A stretch of 64,000 bases of DNA, from the NCBI GenBank assembly GCA_050255995.1, contig JBFWIM010000001.1:709-64708 (forward strand), read 5' to 3'. Each line of letters opens with the position of its first letter. Position 1 is the first letter of the stretch. Positions 28,100-37,635 of the stretch are shown here, piece after piece. The position numbers and the translations under genes are program-made. Under the pieces are notes generated by a model. It saw only the letters and a program-made list of their open reading frames with translations, made no database searches and had not been told where the DNA came from. The stretch is from Intestinibacillus sp. GTDB taxonomy: Bacteria; Bacillota; Clostridia; Oscillospirales; Butyricicoccaceae.

Positions 28100-29473
28100 T
28101 TATGTACGTTCGATCAGCGGGACATACTGCTTGGGCTTGTGACGCATCGGCTTATAAGCCGGACGAATAATTTTGCCGCCGAGGACGAGCTCCTCCATGC
28201 GGTGCGCCATCCAGCCCACAATGCGCGCCGTGGCAAACAGCGGGGTGAACATTTCGCGCGGGATGCCGAGCATGGTATATACCAGACCGGAATACAGGTC
28301 GACGTTGGCGCAGATGGTTTTCACGCCCTCGCCCCGGATTTCCGCAAACGCGCGGGGAGTGAGCTTTTCAACGAGCTCGACCAGATTGAACTCGCGGACG
28401 TAGCCGTTCTCCTGCGCAAGGGGACGCGCGCCTTCCTTGAGCGCGACGGCGCGCGGATCGCTCAGGGTGTAAACCGCGTGGCCCATGCCGTAGATCAGGC
28501 CGGAGCGGTCGGCCGCCTCGCGGCGCAGGATTTTGAGCAGGTACTGATACACCTCGTCTTCGTCCTCCCAGTCTTTGACATGCGCCTGAATATCGTCAAA
28601 CATGTTCATGACCTTGAGGTTTGCGCCGCCGTGGCGCGGACCCTTGAGCGCGCCGACCGCCGCGGCAATCGCGGAATAGGTGTCGGTACCGGAGGAGGAC
28701 GAAACGCGCGCGGCAAACGCCGAGTTGTTGCCGCCGCCGTGCTCGGCATGGATCACCAGGCAGCGGTCGAGCAGGTACGCCTCCTGCATGGTGTACTGGC
28801 CGTCCGGACGGATGAGCGTAAGAATGTTTTCCGCTGTGGACAGATTCTTGTCCGGCAGGTGCAGGTGCATGCTTGCGTTATCAAAATAGCGGCGCTTGAC
28901 CTGATAGGCGTGCGAGATGATGATCGGGAAGCGGGAGATGAGCCCAATGCCCTGGCGCATGACGTTCTCAATTGTGGTGTCGTCCGGGTTGGGGTCGTAA
29001 GAATAGAGCGAGAGCGTAGCGCTCGCGAGCTTGTTCATGATGTCGCGGCTGGGCGCGCGCATTAGCACGTCCTCGGTGAAATTGTCGGGCAGGTTGCGGG
29101 AATCCGCAATGGCGGTTTCAAACGCCTCAAGCTCCGCCGGACTGGGCAGCGCGCCGCACATCAGCAGGTAGCCGACCTCGCTGAAGCCGAAACGGTTTTC
29201 GCGTTCAAACCCGTCCAGAAGATCGTACAGGTTAATGCCGCGATAGGTCAGGCGGCCTTCGATCGGTTCGCGTTCGCCCTCGTTGACAATATAGCCGTGC
29301 ACGTTGCTGACACGGGTCACACCCGCGAGCACGCCGGTGCCGTCCGCATTGCGCAGGCCGCGCTTAATACCGTAACGGCCGAACAGCTCAGGATCCACCT
29401 GGGAATTTTCCCGGAAGTGGCCGCATAGGTTGTCTATGAGCTTCGGATCCATGTGCTTCATGATTTCCTGCAT
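28100..29473 (-). CDS. gltA: Citrate synthase family protein
   Basis: HAEHGGGNNS, HGGAN, GMGHAVY, NVDLYSG. Confidence 0.92.
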   Translation of the reverse strand: MQEIMKHMDPKLIDNLCGHFRENSQVDPELFGRYGIKRGLRNADGTGVLAGVTRVSNVHGYIVNEGEREPIEGRLTYRGINLYDLLDGFERENRFGFSEVGYLLMCGALPSPAELEAFETAIADSRNLPDNFTEDVLMRAPSRDIMNKLASATLSLYSYDPNPDDTTIENVMRQGIGLISRFPIIISHAYQVKRRYFDNASMHLHLPDKNLSTAENILTLIRPDGQYTMQEAYLLDRCLVIHAEHGGGNNSAFAARVSSSSGTDTYSAIAAAVGALKGPRHGGANLKVMNMFDDIQAHVKDWEDEDEVYQYLLKILRREAADRSGLIYGMGHAVYTLSDPRAVALKEGARPLAQENGYVREFNLVELVEKLTPRAFAEIRGEGVKTICANVDLYSGLVYTMLGIPREMFTPLFATARIVGWMAHRMEELVLGGKIIRPAYKPMRHKPKQYVPLIERT

Positions 29474-29607
29474 GCTTCATTACTCCTTCAGAGATTAAAA
29501 AGTCGGTGTAAAACCGATAATGAATTTATTTTACTCCTATCTTGCATATCTGTCAATTTGTGAATTGTATAAAAATTTCCGGCCGTAGGCCGCAGGAGGA
29601 AGAAAAA

Positions 29608-30681
29608 ATGAAGAAATTGCTTTCACTCGGGCTGGTACTGCTGACAATCGTCTATGCACTCCCGCTGGTCTATAATCGCTATTACGACGGCATAGACGCG
29701 CAGATTTCGCAGGATAGTCTGCCTGTGACTGCAGAAACAAATCTGCCCAAGGAAGCGGATCAAAGCGGCGCGGACACGCAGAGCGGGACGGCGGAGTCCG
29801 GCAGTCCGGCGCAGGGCGAAAAAACCACCGTCACTGACCAGAGCAGCATCCGCGTTCTGGTAGACGGGGAGGTGCGCACGATGCCGCTGGAGACCTATGT
29901 CGCGGGCGTGGTCGCGGCGGAAATCTCGCCAACCTTCCCACCCGACGCGCTGCGCGCCCAGGCGGTCGCCGCACGCACCTACGCGGTCTATAAAATGGAG
30001 TCGGGCAATCCGCCGGCCGAACACAAGGGCGCGGATGTGTGCGACGACTACCACCACTGCACCGCCTATATGGATCTGACGGCCTCGGCCGCGGCGCGCT
30101 GGGGCGGCAAGGCGGACACCTACGAAAATGCGATTGAGCAGGCGGTTAAGGATACGGCCGGGGAGATTCTCACTGTGAACGATAAGCCCATCGTGGCGGT
30201 GTTTTCCGCCGCATCCGGCCCAAAGACCGAGTCCGCGGGCGACGTTTGGGGCAGCAATATCTCCTATTTGCAGTCGGTCGTAAGCCCGGGCGGTGACGCC
30301 TGCCCCAAATATAACGCCGAGGTGACGGTAGAGGCTGCGGAATTCCGGGAAAAGGTCAAGAAGACCTTCCCGACCGCCGACGTATCGGGCGCGCCCTCTA
30401 CCTGGTTCAAGGCCTCCGTGCGTTCGAATGCCGGCGGCGTGAAGACGGTGACGCTCGGCGGCGTGCGTGTCGAGGGCACGGCGGTGCGCGAGCTGTTTGC
30501 ACTGAACTCCACAAACTTTACGCTCACGACAACGGAGGACAACATCACCTTTCACACGGTGGGCTACGGGCACGGCGTCGGCCTGTCACAGTACGGCGCC
30601 AAGTATATGGCGGAGCACGGCAGCAGCTATCAGGATATTCTGACGCATTATTTCACCGGTGCAAAAATAACAAAAATTTGA
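29608..30681 (+). CDS. spoIID: Stage II sporulation protein D
   Basis: YVAGVVAAE, AQAVAARTY, GYGHGVGLSQYGA; AGGAGG RBS. Confidence 0.93.
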   Translation: MKKLLSLGLVLLTIVYALPLVYNRYYDGIDAQISQDSLPVTAETNLPKEADQSGADTQSGTAESGSPAQGEKTTVTDQSSIRVLVDGEVRTMPLETYVAGVVAAEISPTFPPDALRAQAVAARTYAVYKMESGNPPAEHKGADVCDDYHHCTAYMDLTASAAARWGGKADTYENAIEQAVKDTAGEILTVNDKPIVAVFSAASGPKTESAGDVWGSNISYLQSVVSPGGDACPKYNAEVTVEAAEFREKVKKTFPTADVSGAPSTWFKASVRSNAGGVKTVTLGGVRVEGTAVRELFALNSTNFTLTTTEDNITFHTVGYGHGVGLSQYGAKYMAEHGSSYQDILTHYFTGAKITKI

Positions 30682-30689
30682 AATTCCCG

Positions 30690-30719
30690 GTATAGGCTTC
30701 CGGAGCCGCGGCAATACTA
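30690..30719 (+). promoter_or_regulatory. Sigma-F-type promoter
   Basis: GTATA, 15 bp, GGCAATACTA, matching the forespore sigma-F consensus. Confidence 0.75.
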
Positions 30720-30728
30720 ACTTCGGAG

Positions 30729-31526
30729 GTGCAAATTATGCGAAAATCAACAAGAAATCCGGCGGCGGACTTCTTTGAGGACAAGGGATTTTACATAATC
30801 CTGTTCCTTTGCGTCGCCGCAATCGGAATCTCGGGTTATGTATTGTTCTTCACGCCGAAGTCCCCTGCGGCGGAAAGGATTGACACGGCGGTCTATGAGC
30901 CGACCGTGATGCCAAGCGATATTGCGCCCGCAGCGGGCAACGAGGACAATATTCCGGTAGAGGGTTCATCGGAAAGCGGGGCGGAGGATAACGCCGAAAG
31001 CGAGACCGAACCGCAGCCGCAGGCCGGGCAGCCGTCCTCCACAACGGAACAGGCGGATACGGCCGCCGCTCCGACGGTCACACAGCCGAGCGCGCCTGTC
31101 TTCGTGCGTCCGGTGTCAGGCGCGGTAAGCGTGCCGTATTCCGACGAAGAACTGGTCTATCAGGCCACCTTCGGCGACTGGCGAACCCACATGGGTACGG
31201 ACTACGCCGCCAAGCTGGGCGACCGGGTCTACGCGATAACGGACGGCACCGTGGAAGACGTCTATACCGACGCGCTCAACGGGCCGTGCGTCAGGCTGAA
31301 GCATGCGGATGGCCTGGAGACGCTGTATATGGGCCTGGGAGAAAAGGTCAAGGTCAAAAAGGGACAGGCTGTTAAGGCCGGAGACGTGATCGGCGTGGTG
31401 GACAACACCAACCTGGCGGAAAGCGCACAGGAGCCGCATCTGCATGTCGAGGCCTTCCGCGACGGCAAGCATATTGACCCCGAAAGCCTGCTGACATCCG
31501 GCGCTGCCGACGATTCTCCGGAATAA
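30729..31526 (+). CDS. spoIIQ: SpoIIQ-like M23/LytM peptidase (start GTG 30729 or ATG 30738)
   Basis: Follows spoIID; N-terminal TM; HMGTD and HLH motifs; sigma-F promoter. Confidence 0.8.
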   Translation: MQIMRKSTRNPAADFFEDKGFYIILFLCVAAIGISGYVLFFTPKSPAAERIDTAVYEPTVMPSDIAPAAGNEDNIPVEGSSESGAEDNAESETEPQPQAGQPSSTTEQADTAAAPTVTQPSAPVFVRPVSGAVSVPYSDEELVYQATFGDWRTHMGTDYAAKLGDRVYAITDGTVEDVYTDALNGPCVRLKHADGLETLYMGLGEKVKVKKGQAVKAGDVIGVVDNTNLAESAQEPHLHVEAFRDGKHIDPESLLTSGAADDSPE

Positions 31527-31545
31527 ACGGCACGCGGGTAAATAT

Positions 31546-31575
31546 AAAAAGCGCACCCTTTAGGGTGCGCTTTTT
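31546..31575. terminator. Bidirectional terminator
   Basis: AAAAAGCGCACCCT-T-TAGGGTGCGCTTTTT. Confidence 0.85.
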
Positions 31576-31579
31576 ATAT

Positions 31580-33364
31580 TTACTTTTCGAAGGGGAAAGG
31601 CCGGAAGGTGATTTCAGGCTGGAAGTCGTCGATGGGTACCGGACGGGAGAATACATAGCCCTGTACCATGTCACAGCCGATCTGGTGCAGGAAAGACACC
31701 ATTTCAAAAGCTTCCACGCCCTCCGCTACCACGCGCATGCCAAGCGTCTTTGCCATTGCAATGATGCTTGAGACGATGGCGCGGTCACGCTGTGCGGTCA
31801 GGCCGTTCTGGAAAAAAGCCATATCGAGTTTGAGAACGTCGACGAAAAGGTCTTTGAGAACGTTGAGCGAGGAGTACCCCGAGCCGAAATCGTCCATGCC
31901 GACGAGGAAACCGTTTTCCCGCAGCGCCGCCGATACGCGGCCGATTTTCGCAATGTTTTCGACCATGACCGTCTCAGTGCACTCCAGCTCCAGCAGGCCG
32001 TCCGGCAGGCCGTAGCTCCGGCGAATGTGGGTGTACCGCTCGACAAAATCGGATTGGAACAGGCTGAGCCGCGATACATTGACCGCAACCTTGAACAGCG
32101 ACAGGCCGGCGTCCCGCCGTGCCGCGAGGTACGCGCACACCGCCTCAAAAACATAGCGGTCAAGCTCGACGATAAAGCCGTTTTTTTCAAAAAGGGGAAT
32201 AAAGTCGTTCGGCGTTGTCAGACCGTCCTCTGGTCGGTTCCAGCGGACCAGTGCCTCCGCGCCGACCACATGGCAGCCGTTTTGAATATCCACCTGCGCC
32301 TGTAGATAGATCACAAACTCATGCGCTGAGAGGGCATATTCCATGTCGGCTTCCATGGATTTTTCGCGGATTACACGCTGCCGCATTTCCTCGGAATAAA
32401 AGACGATGCGGCTGCCGCCAAGGGCTTTGATGGTCTTTTGCGCCATGTTCGCGCGGTCGATCATGTCTTCGATACCGAGCTCATCGCCGCCACACGCCAC
32501 GCAGTACACGCCGCAAACCAGCTCCAGCCGGAATTTCTGGCTTTTCAGCTCGCTGAATTCCGAGAGGCGGTGCTCCAGCGCGTAAAAACGCTCAACCAGC
32601 GTCTCACGCCCTTCACATTTTAGCAGAGCGACAAAGTTGTCCGCGGAGACGCGTGCAAAGCTCTCCTCCTTGTCACAGTCCGAGGCGAATGAATCCGCGA
32701 GGAACTGCAGAACATGGTCGCCGATGTTATAGCCGTAGATATCGTTGACGTATTTGAAATTCTTTACGTCACAATAAAGCAGCCCATAGCGAGCTTTGCT
32801 CGAAGAAAGCAGCAGATTGGCCGCGGTTTTTTTGAAGAAGGAGAAATTGCTGTACCCGGTCAGCGGATCGTATTCCGCGCGGTAGGCCAGCACGCGCTGC
32901 GCAGCAACCGCTTCATGCACGTTGTTAATCGTGATAAGAATGCCGGAGAGCGCGCCCGCGGGGCTGAACAGGTTCGAGCGCATGACACGGTACCAAAGAT
33001 AATGGCCGTCCGTACGCCGGAGGCGCAGCGTCATGTCGGCGTCATGTCCCAGCAGCGTGCCGTAAACCTCGGCGACGCGCGGCCAATCCTCGGGGTGTAC
33101 GTCGCATTCAAGGAACAACCGGCCTACAGGCTCATCCCCAAGGCCGGCCGCAAAAGAAAACTGCTGTGCGTCCGGAGATAAATAGATGTGCCCGCTCGCA
33201 ATGTTCCACTCGGCAATAATGGTGCGCGTCTGCCGAAGCAGGATGCGGCAGCGTTTGTCATGCAGCAGACATCCCGTATCGCCGCCGTCCCCAAAAACAG
33301 GAATTGGCATGGGGGAGGTGGTAGGGATATCCTTATTATTCATTTGATGTTGTTGTTCGGACAT
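31580..33364 (-). CDS. PAS-GGDEF(degenerate)-EAL protein, probable c-di-GMP phosphodiesterase
   Basis: VHPED PAS motif; SADNF in place of GGDEF; EALVRW, ELECTE, DDFGSGYSS, EGVE, QGY. Confidence 0.92.
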   Translation of the reverse strand: MSEQQHQMNNKDIPTTSPMPIPVFGDGGDTGCLLHDKRCRILLRQTRTIIAEWNIASGHIYLSPDAQQFSFAAGLGDEPVGRLFLECDVHPEDWPRVAEVYGTLLGHDADMTLRLRRTDGHYLWYRVMRSNLFSPAGALSGILITINNVHEAVAAQRVLAYRAEYDPLTGYSNFSFFKKTAANLLLSSSKARYGLLYCDVKNFKYVNDIYGYNIGDHVLQFLADSFASDCDKEESFARVSADNFVALLKCEGRETLVERFYALEHRLSEFSELKSQKFRLELVCGVYCVACGGDELGIEDMIDRANMAQKTIKALGGSRIVFYSEEMRQRVIREKSMEADMEYALSAHEFVIYLQAQVDIQNGCHVVGAEALVRWNRPEDGLTTPNDFIPLFEKNGFIVELDRYVFEAVCAYLAARRDAGLSLFKVAVNVSRLSLFQSDFVERYTHIRRSYGLPDGLLELECTETVMVENIAKIGRVSAALRENGFLVGMDDFGSGYSSLNVLKDLFVDVLKLDMAFFQNGLTAQRDRAIVSSIIAMAKTLGMRVVAEGVEAFEMVSFLHQIGCDMVQGYVFSRPVPIDDFQPEITFRPFPFEK

Positions 33365-33663
33365 AGCATATCACCATGGTACACGGAGAAGAATTGCAGA
33401 AAGCGTCGAGAATGGTCGACGCTTTCTGACATGTGTTGTTACCATTGTATCATGTGATTCAGGAAAAGTATACGCTTCAATCAGAAGTTTTACATTTTTG
33501 TGTAACTCAACCATAGATATCGACAATTTCCGCACGGATTGACGCCTTACCATGCAAAATACCTTAAAAAATCATAAATTAATTAAGTTTTTCTTTAGGA
33601 AATTAAAGGGTGCACCCGTGAATGGCCGTGTAACCTGGAATCCCGAACTTCAACTATTTTCCT

Positions 33664-34629
33664 TTAAAGATGCGCGGAATCGGCCAAAGCACGGTAAATT
33701 CTTTCGCCCATCAGAACATCGACGTTCGGTAACAAATCGACGGAAAATCTCGGAATCAGCGAATTTGCGGTAACCGGAGCGGGATATGGAAGCAGACCGG
33801 CGAAATGTGCCAAATGACCAAGAAGCGGTTCGGGAGAAGGGCAGCGCGCGCGCAGTGCACCCAGATCAAGGTCGCGGTCTCGTTTGGACAGGCGGCGGCC
33901 GTCCGGAGCAAGCAGCAGCGGAATGTGGGAAAAGCCGGGCGGCGTCAGGCCGAGCTGACGGTACAGATAAAGCTGGCGCGGGGTGGAGTCCAGCAGATCG
34001 CGTCCGCGCAGCACCTCGGTCACGCCCTGCGCGGCATCGTCCACAACGACGGCGAGCTGATAGGCATACACCCCGTCCGACCGGCGCAGGATAAAATCTC
34101 CGGTGGAACGCGCGAGGTTTTCCGAGTAGAAGCCCTGCAGACCGTCCCGAAAGCCGATGTCCTCATCCGGTACGCGCAGACGCCAGGCCGGGGTACGGTT
34201 CAGGCTGCGCCGTCTCACCTCGTCCGCGGATAGATCCCGGCAGGTTCCGGCATAGACAGTCCGTCCGTCCGAAAGGTGCGGCGCGCTGGCGGCGTGCAGC
34301 TCGGCGCGGGTGCAGAAGCAGGGATAGGCCAGTCCCTGCGCGCGCAGCGTTTCAAATGCGGCGGCATATACAGAACTGCGGGTGGACTGAAAATAGGAAG
34401 AGCCCCCCGCGGCGCCGCCCTCATCCCAGGTAAGGCCGAGCCAGCGCAGGTCATCTTCAAGCTGGGCGGCATATTCCGGGCGGCAGCGCGCGGGGTCGAG
34501 ATCCTCGATGCGCAGCACCATACGCCCGCCCTGGGAACGGACAGACAGCCAGGCAAGCAGCGCGCAGAAAACATTGCCCAGATGCATGCGCCCGCTGGGG
34601 GAGGGCGCGAAGCGTCCGGTCACGGTCAT
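33664..34629 (-). CDS. gluQ: Glutamyl-Q tRNA(Asp) synthetase
   Basis: GRFAPSPSGRMHLGN, CFCTR, RRLSKRD; lacks the GluRS anticodon domain. Confidence 0.88.
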   Translation of the reverse strand: MTVTGRFAPSPSGRMHLGNVFCALLAWLSVRSQGGRMVLRIEDLDPARCRPEYAAQLEDDLRWLGLTWDEGGAAGGSSYFQSTRSSVYAAAFETLRAQGLAYPCFCTRAELHAASAPHLSDGRTVYAGTCRDLSADEVRRRSLNRTPAWRLRVPDEDIGFRDGLQGFYSENLARSTGDFILRRSDGVYAYQLAVVVDDAAQGVTEVLRGRDLLDSTPRQLYLYRQLGLTPPGFSHIPLLLAPDGRRLSKRDRDLDLGALRARCPSPEPLLGHLAHFAGLLPYPAPVTANSLIPRFSVDLLPNVDVLMGERIYRALADSAHL

Positions 34630-34641
34630 ATGGGTTTCCTC

Positions 34642-35076
34642 CTATTGTACGTTTGGTGCGGAAGAGCCGGCCGAAGCGCTGATTTTATGCGGACGGCCGC
34701 TGGCGTACAGCTCGGCGCGAATGGCGGAGAACATGGTTTCCGCCATGTTCATCAGCCGCTGCACCTGACGCTCGGTCAACTCAAAGGGCAAGTCGGTGGG
34801 GTACCGCGTTTCAATATACAGGTTGTTGAGCGCGGCGCTTTCGTCCAGATATTCGGCAAACGACCGGTCGACCTGCACGGCCTGACGGCAGAGATAGGTC
34901 AGGTTATGGCCGTCGAAATGCCGTCCGGTTTTAAACAGCAAATAGCCCTTCAGCGCTTTTTCGATGGCCTGCTGGCAGTGGAAAGCGGTCATCGGCGGGT
35001 CGCCGCCCCAGGTCAGCAGAATACGGGCAGCCTGCAGGTCGGAGAGCGCTTTGTCCAGCCATTTGTAGTAGAACAT
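34642..35076 (-). CDS. HEPN domain protein
   Basis: FHCQQAIEKALKG, HNL, LYIETRYP. Confidence 0.9.
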   Translation of the reverse strand: MFYYKWLDKALSDLQAARILLTWGGDPPMTAFHCQQAIEKALKGYLLFKTGRHFDGHNLTYLCRQAVQVDRSFAEYLDESAALNNLYIETRYPTDLPFELTERQVQRLMNMAETMFSAIRAELYASGRPHKISASAGSSAPNVQ

Positions 35077-35092
35077 GCTGTCGCCGCCGCCT

Positions 35093-35404
35093 CTACGGCT
35101 TCTGCTCATATAGCACCGTCCCTTTCTTCTGGATTGCGGAAGCGTAGCTGGAGAAGTCCTCGGTCAGCTCTTCCCACTCGTCGCAGGAATACAGGAGCAG
35201 GTTGAACGGCACGGGCGAATCGATGGTCAGGTACAGCTCATGCAGAAGCGAGGGCTTGTCCACCTCGGGCAGGATGATGCAAAAATCAAGCGATTTGATT
35301 TCACTGGTGGACAGTGTGCGCTTTTCGCCATACAGAATGACCTTCTGCGGCGAGCAGTGGCGCAGGATATCCGACAAAATTGTTTGAGCCAGCTTTGAAA
35401 TCAT
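35093..35404 (-). CDS. Minimal nucleotidyltransferase (MNT)-like protein with degenerate active site
   Basis: PQKVILYG...LDFCII...KKGTVLYE fold signature; lacks GS and DxD. Confidence 0.7.
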   Translation of the reverse strand: MISKLAQTILSDILRHCSPQKVILYGEKRTLSTSEIKSLDFCIILPEVDKPSLLHELYLTIDSPVPFNLLLYSCDEWEELTEDFSSYASAIQKKGTVLYEQKP

Positions 35405-35437
35405 GATGACACATCCCTTTCTCCGGATTGCCGTGTA

Positions 35438-36154
35438 TCAGTAGGCGGTCAGATGCACCGCCGCCTCGAATTTGACCGCATCGGCCGTGCGGCCGAAAAC
35501 AGCGTGCGCGCCGTCGTTCATTACGCCGGCGGACAGTTCAATCTGTTCGCCGCAGACGCACTCAGCGGTATAATTGACCTGGATTTCGGAGATGAAGCGA
35601 CCCTCCTCGTGGTCAAGATCCAGGCCGTCCGAGATGAGGTCAACGATTCTGGCGTTATTGAGATGCCGGTTGATATCCAGGCTGCTGTAACGCACGGTAT
35701 GCACATGGTGGGGTTTTAAAGAATCGCACACAAGTTTGCCCGGCACAGGGAAGCCTTCCGGATGAATGGCGTAAAGCCGAGTGGCCTCATGGGAGCTCGG
35801 GCGGATGATACGGTGATCCCCGGCGTCCAGCATCGCCCAGATCGAGTAAGCGACCGCAACTTCATCTTCTCCGGAAAAGAAGCGGAAGCCGCGGCACCAG
35901 CTCGCGCCCCTGGCGCCGGCGCACCAGGTTTGCTGGCGTACGGTTTCGCCCATGCGCATGGGGCGGCGCTGGTATAGCTTCATGCGGGTGAGCACCCAGT
36001 GGATGCCGAGATCGTCCGCGCCGATACGCAGCAGGTTGGCATGCCGCGTGGCCGCCGACTGCATAAACTCAAAAAATGCGGACGGACGGGAGATGCCGTG
36101 ATTGTCAATGTGGCTGAAATGCAGGGTGTGATTGCTTTCCAGAGTGGGAACCAT
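35438..36154 (-). CDS. Acyl-ACP thioesterase
   Basis: FMQSAATRHA, WVLTRM, LDINRHLNNA. Confidence 0.88.
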   Translation of the reverse strand: MVPTLESNHTLHFSHIDNHGISRPSAFFEFMQSAATRHANLLRIGADDLGIHWVLTRMKLYQRRPMRMGETVRQQTWCAGARGASWCRGFRFFSGEDEVAVAYSIWAMLDAGDHRIIRPSSHEATRLYAIHPEGFPVPGKLVCDSLKPHHVHTVRYSSLDINRHLNNARIVDLISDGLDLDHEEGRFISEIQVNYTAECVCGEQIELSAGVMNDGAHAVFGRTADAVKFEAAVHLTAY

Positions 36155-36180
36155 GCTGATACTTCCTTTCGCAAGGGTGC

Positions 36181-37488
36181 TTATCGGATAATGGACTGTA
36201 AAAACAGTAAAAACGTTTGATAATAACCCGCGCTCTGTATGAGATCCTGCGCGTTCGGCGTGAATTCCGGAGGCGTTTCGGGTTCCGGCGCGGCGGAGGC
36301 GTAATAGCCGGTCAGTGCGGTTCGCAGACCGGCGACTTCATCAAAGGAGCCGTACCGGAAGAAGATGTGTCCCGCGACCGCGGAACGGCTTTCGCAGGCT
36401 TGCAGATGCCGGAGCAGTTCGGATGACCCCTTCCAGATGTCGCCTGCGCTCGCGTCGTCGCATTTGTAGGCGGCTTCGCCGATATAGAGCGTGACGTCCG
36501 AGCCCGCGACCGCGTCCGACCACCACTGCGTCAGGACCGAATAATCCGCGGCGGACTGGCCGATATACCAGTAAAGCTGCGGGCAGACATAGTCGACCGT
36601 GCCTTCCTTGATCCAGGCGAGCGTATCGGCGTAAGCGTTGGAGTAGGACTGGTTGCCGCCGCGGGTGTTACTGCCGCGCGGGTCTTCGCTCTTGTTCGCC
36701 CACACGCCGGACGGGCTGATGCCGAACGCGAGGTCGGGATTTTTGGCGTGAATGAGCGCGTCCAGCTCGCGCACCAGCGTATTGACGTTCTCCCGCCGCC
36801 AGTCGGCGATGTTGGAATAGCCGCTTCCATATTTGGCGAAGGCCGCGCTGTCGTCAAAATTCTGGCCGGGGTAAAAATAGTCGTCCAGATGGATGCCGTC
36901 GATGTCCGGATAATTGTTGAGGATTTCCTGAACCCCGTCCTCCACCAGCTTGCGTACCCCGGGCAGGCCGGGGTTATAATAATAGTTGCCGTCCGTGTAT
37001 TTGACGACGTATTCCGGATGCTGCTTGGCGGGGTTCGAGGCGGGCAGGGCGGAAAACTCCGCATCCTTGCCTTTGGTAACGCGGTAGGGGTTGAGCCAGG
37101 CGTGCAGTGTCAGGCCGCGCGCGTGCGCGCCGTCGATCCAGTAACGCAGCGGGTCAAAACCGCCCGAGGGAGCGACGCCCTGCGAGCCGGTCAGGTATTT
37201 GCTCCACGGGAAAATCGCGGAGGGGTAAAGCGCGTCCGAGGACGGGCGCACCTGTAAAAAGACGGTGTTGAGCCCCATGCTTTTGACACCGTCGAGGATG
37301 CTGTCGGCCTGCCGGCGCAGGGAAGCCGCGTCCGTGGTGGGCTTTGTCGGGTAATCGAGGTTGTAAACCGAGGACACCCAGACCCCACGCATCTCCTCGT
37401 CCGGGGAAGCGGGGGCGGCAAAGGCGGTCAGGCTCAAAAGCATGATGAGGCTTACGAAAAGCGCGGCGGCGCGCAGACAATGTTTCAT
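36181..37488 (-). CDS. Secreted family-10-like glycosyl hydrolase (GHL10)
   Basis: Signal peptide; EMRGVWV, QVRP, HAWLNPYR, DGIHLDDYFY, FGISP, PQLYW. Confidence 0.88.
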   Translation of the reverse strand: MKHCLRAAALFVSLIMLLSLTAFAAPASPDEEMRGVWVSSVYNLDYPTKPTTDAASLRRQADSILDGVKSMGLNTVFLQVRPSSDALYPSAIFPWSKYLTGSQGVAPSGGFDPLRYWIDGAHARGLTLHAWLNPYRVTKGKDAEFSALPASNPAKQHPEYVVKYTDGNYYYNPGLPGVRKLVEDGVQEILNNYPDIDGIHLDDYFYPGQNFDDSAAFAKYGSGYSNIADWRRENVNTLVRELDALIHAKNPDLAFGISPSGVWANKSEDPRGSNTRGGNQSYSNAYADTLAWIKEGTVDYVCPQLYWYIGQSAADYSVLTQWWSDAVAGSDVTLYIGEAAYKCDDASAGDIWKGSSELLRHLQACESRSAVAGHIFFRYGSFDEVAGLRTALTGYYASAAPEPETPPEFTPNAQDLIQSAGYYQTFLLFLQSIIR

Positions 37489-37635
37489 TCCGGTCTCCTT
37501 TCAGATACGTCGTGGATAGACAGTATTATCGTACCATTGCGCGCAATGATTGGCAAGGGGTATTGACAGGGAGAGCAAAAAAACGTAATCTAAAAAGGAA
37601 ACGAAGTCCAGTTTGTTAATGAAGGAGCCGCTTTT

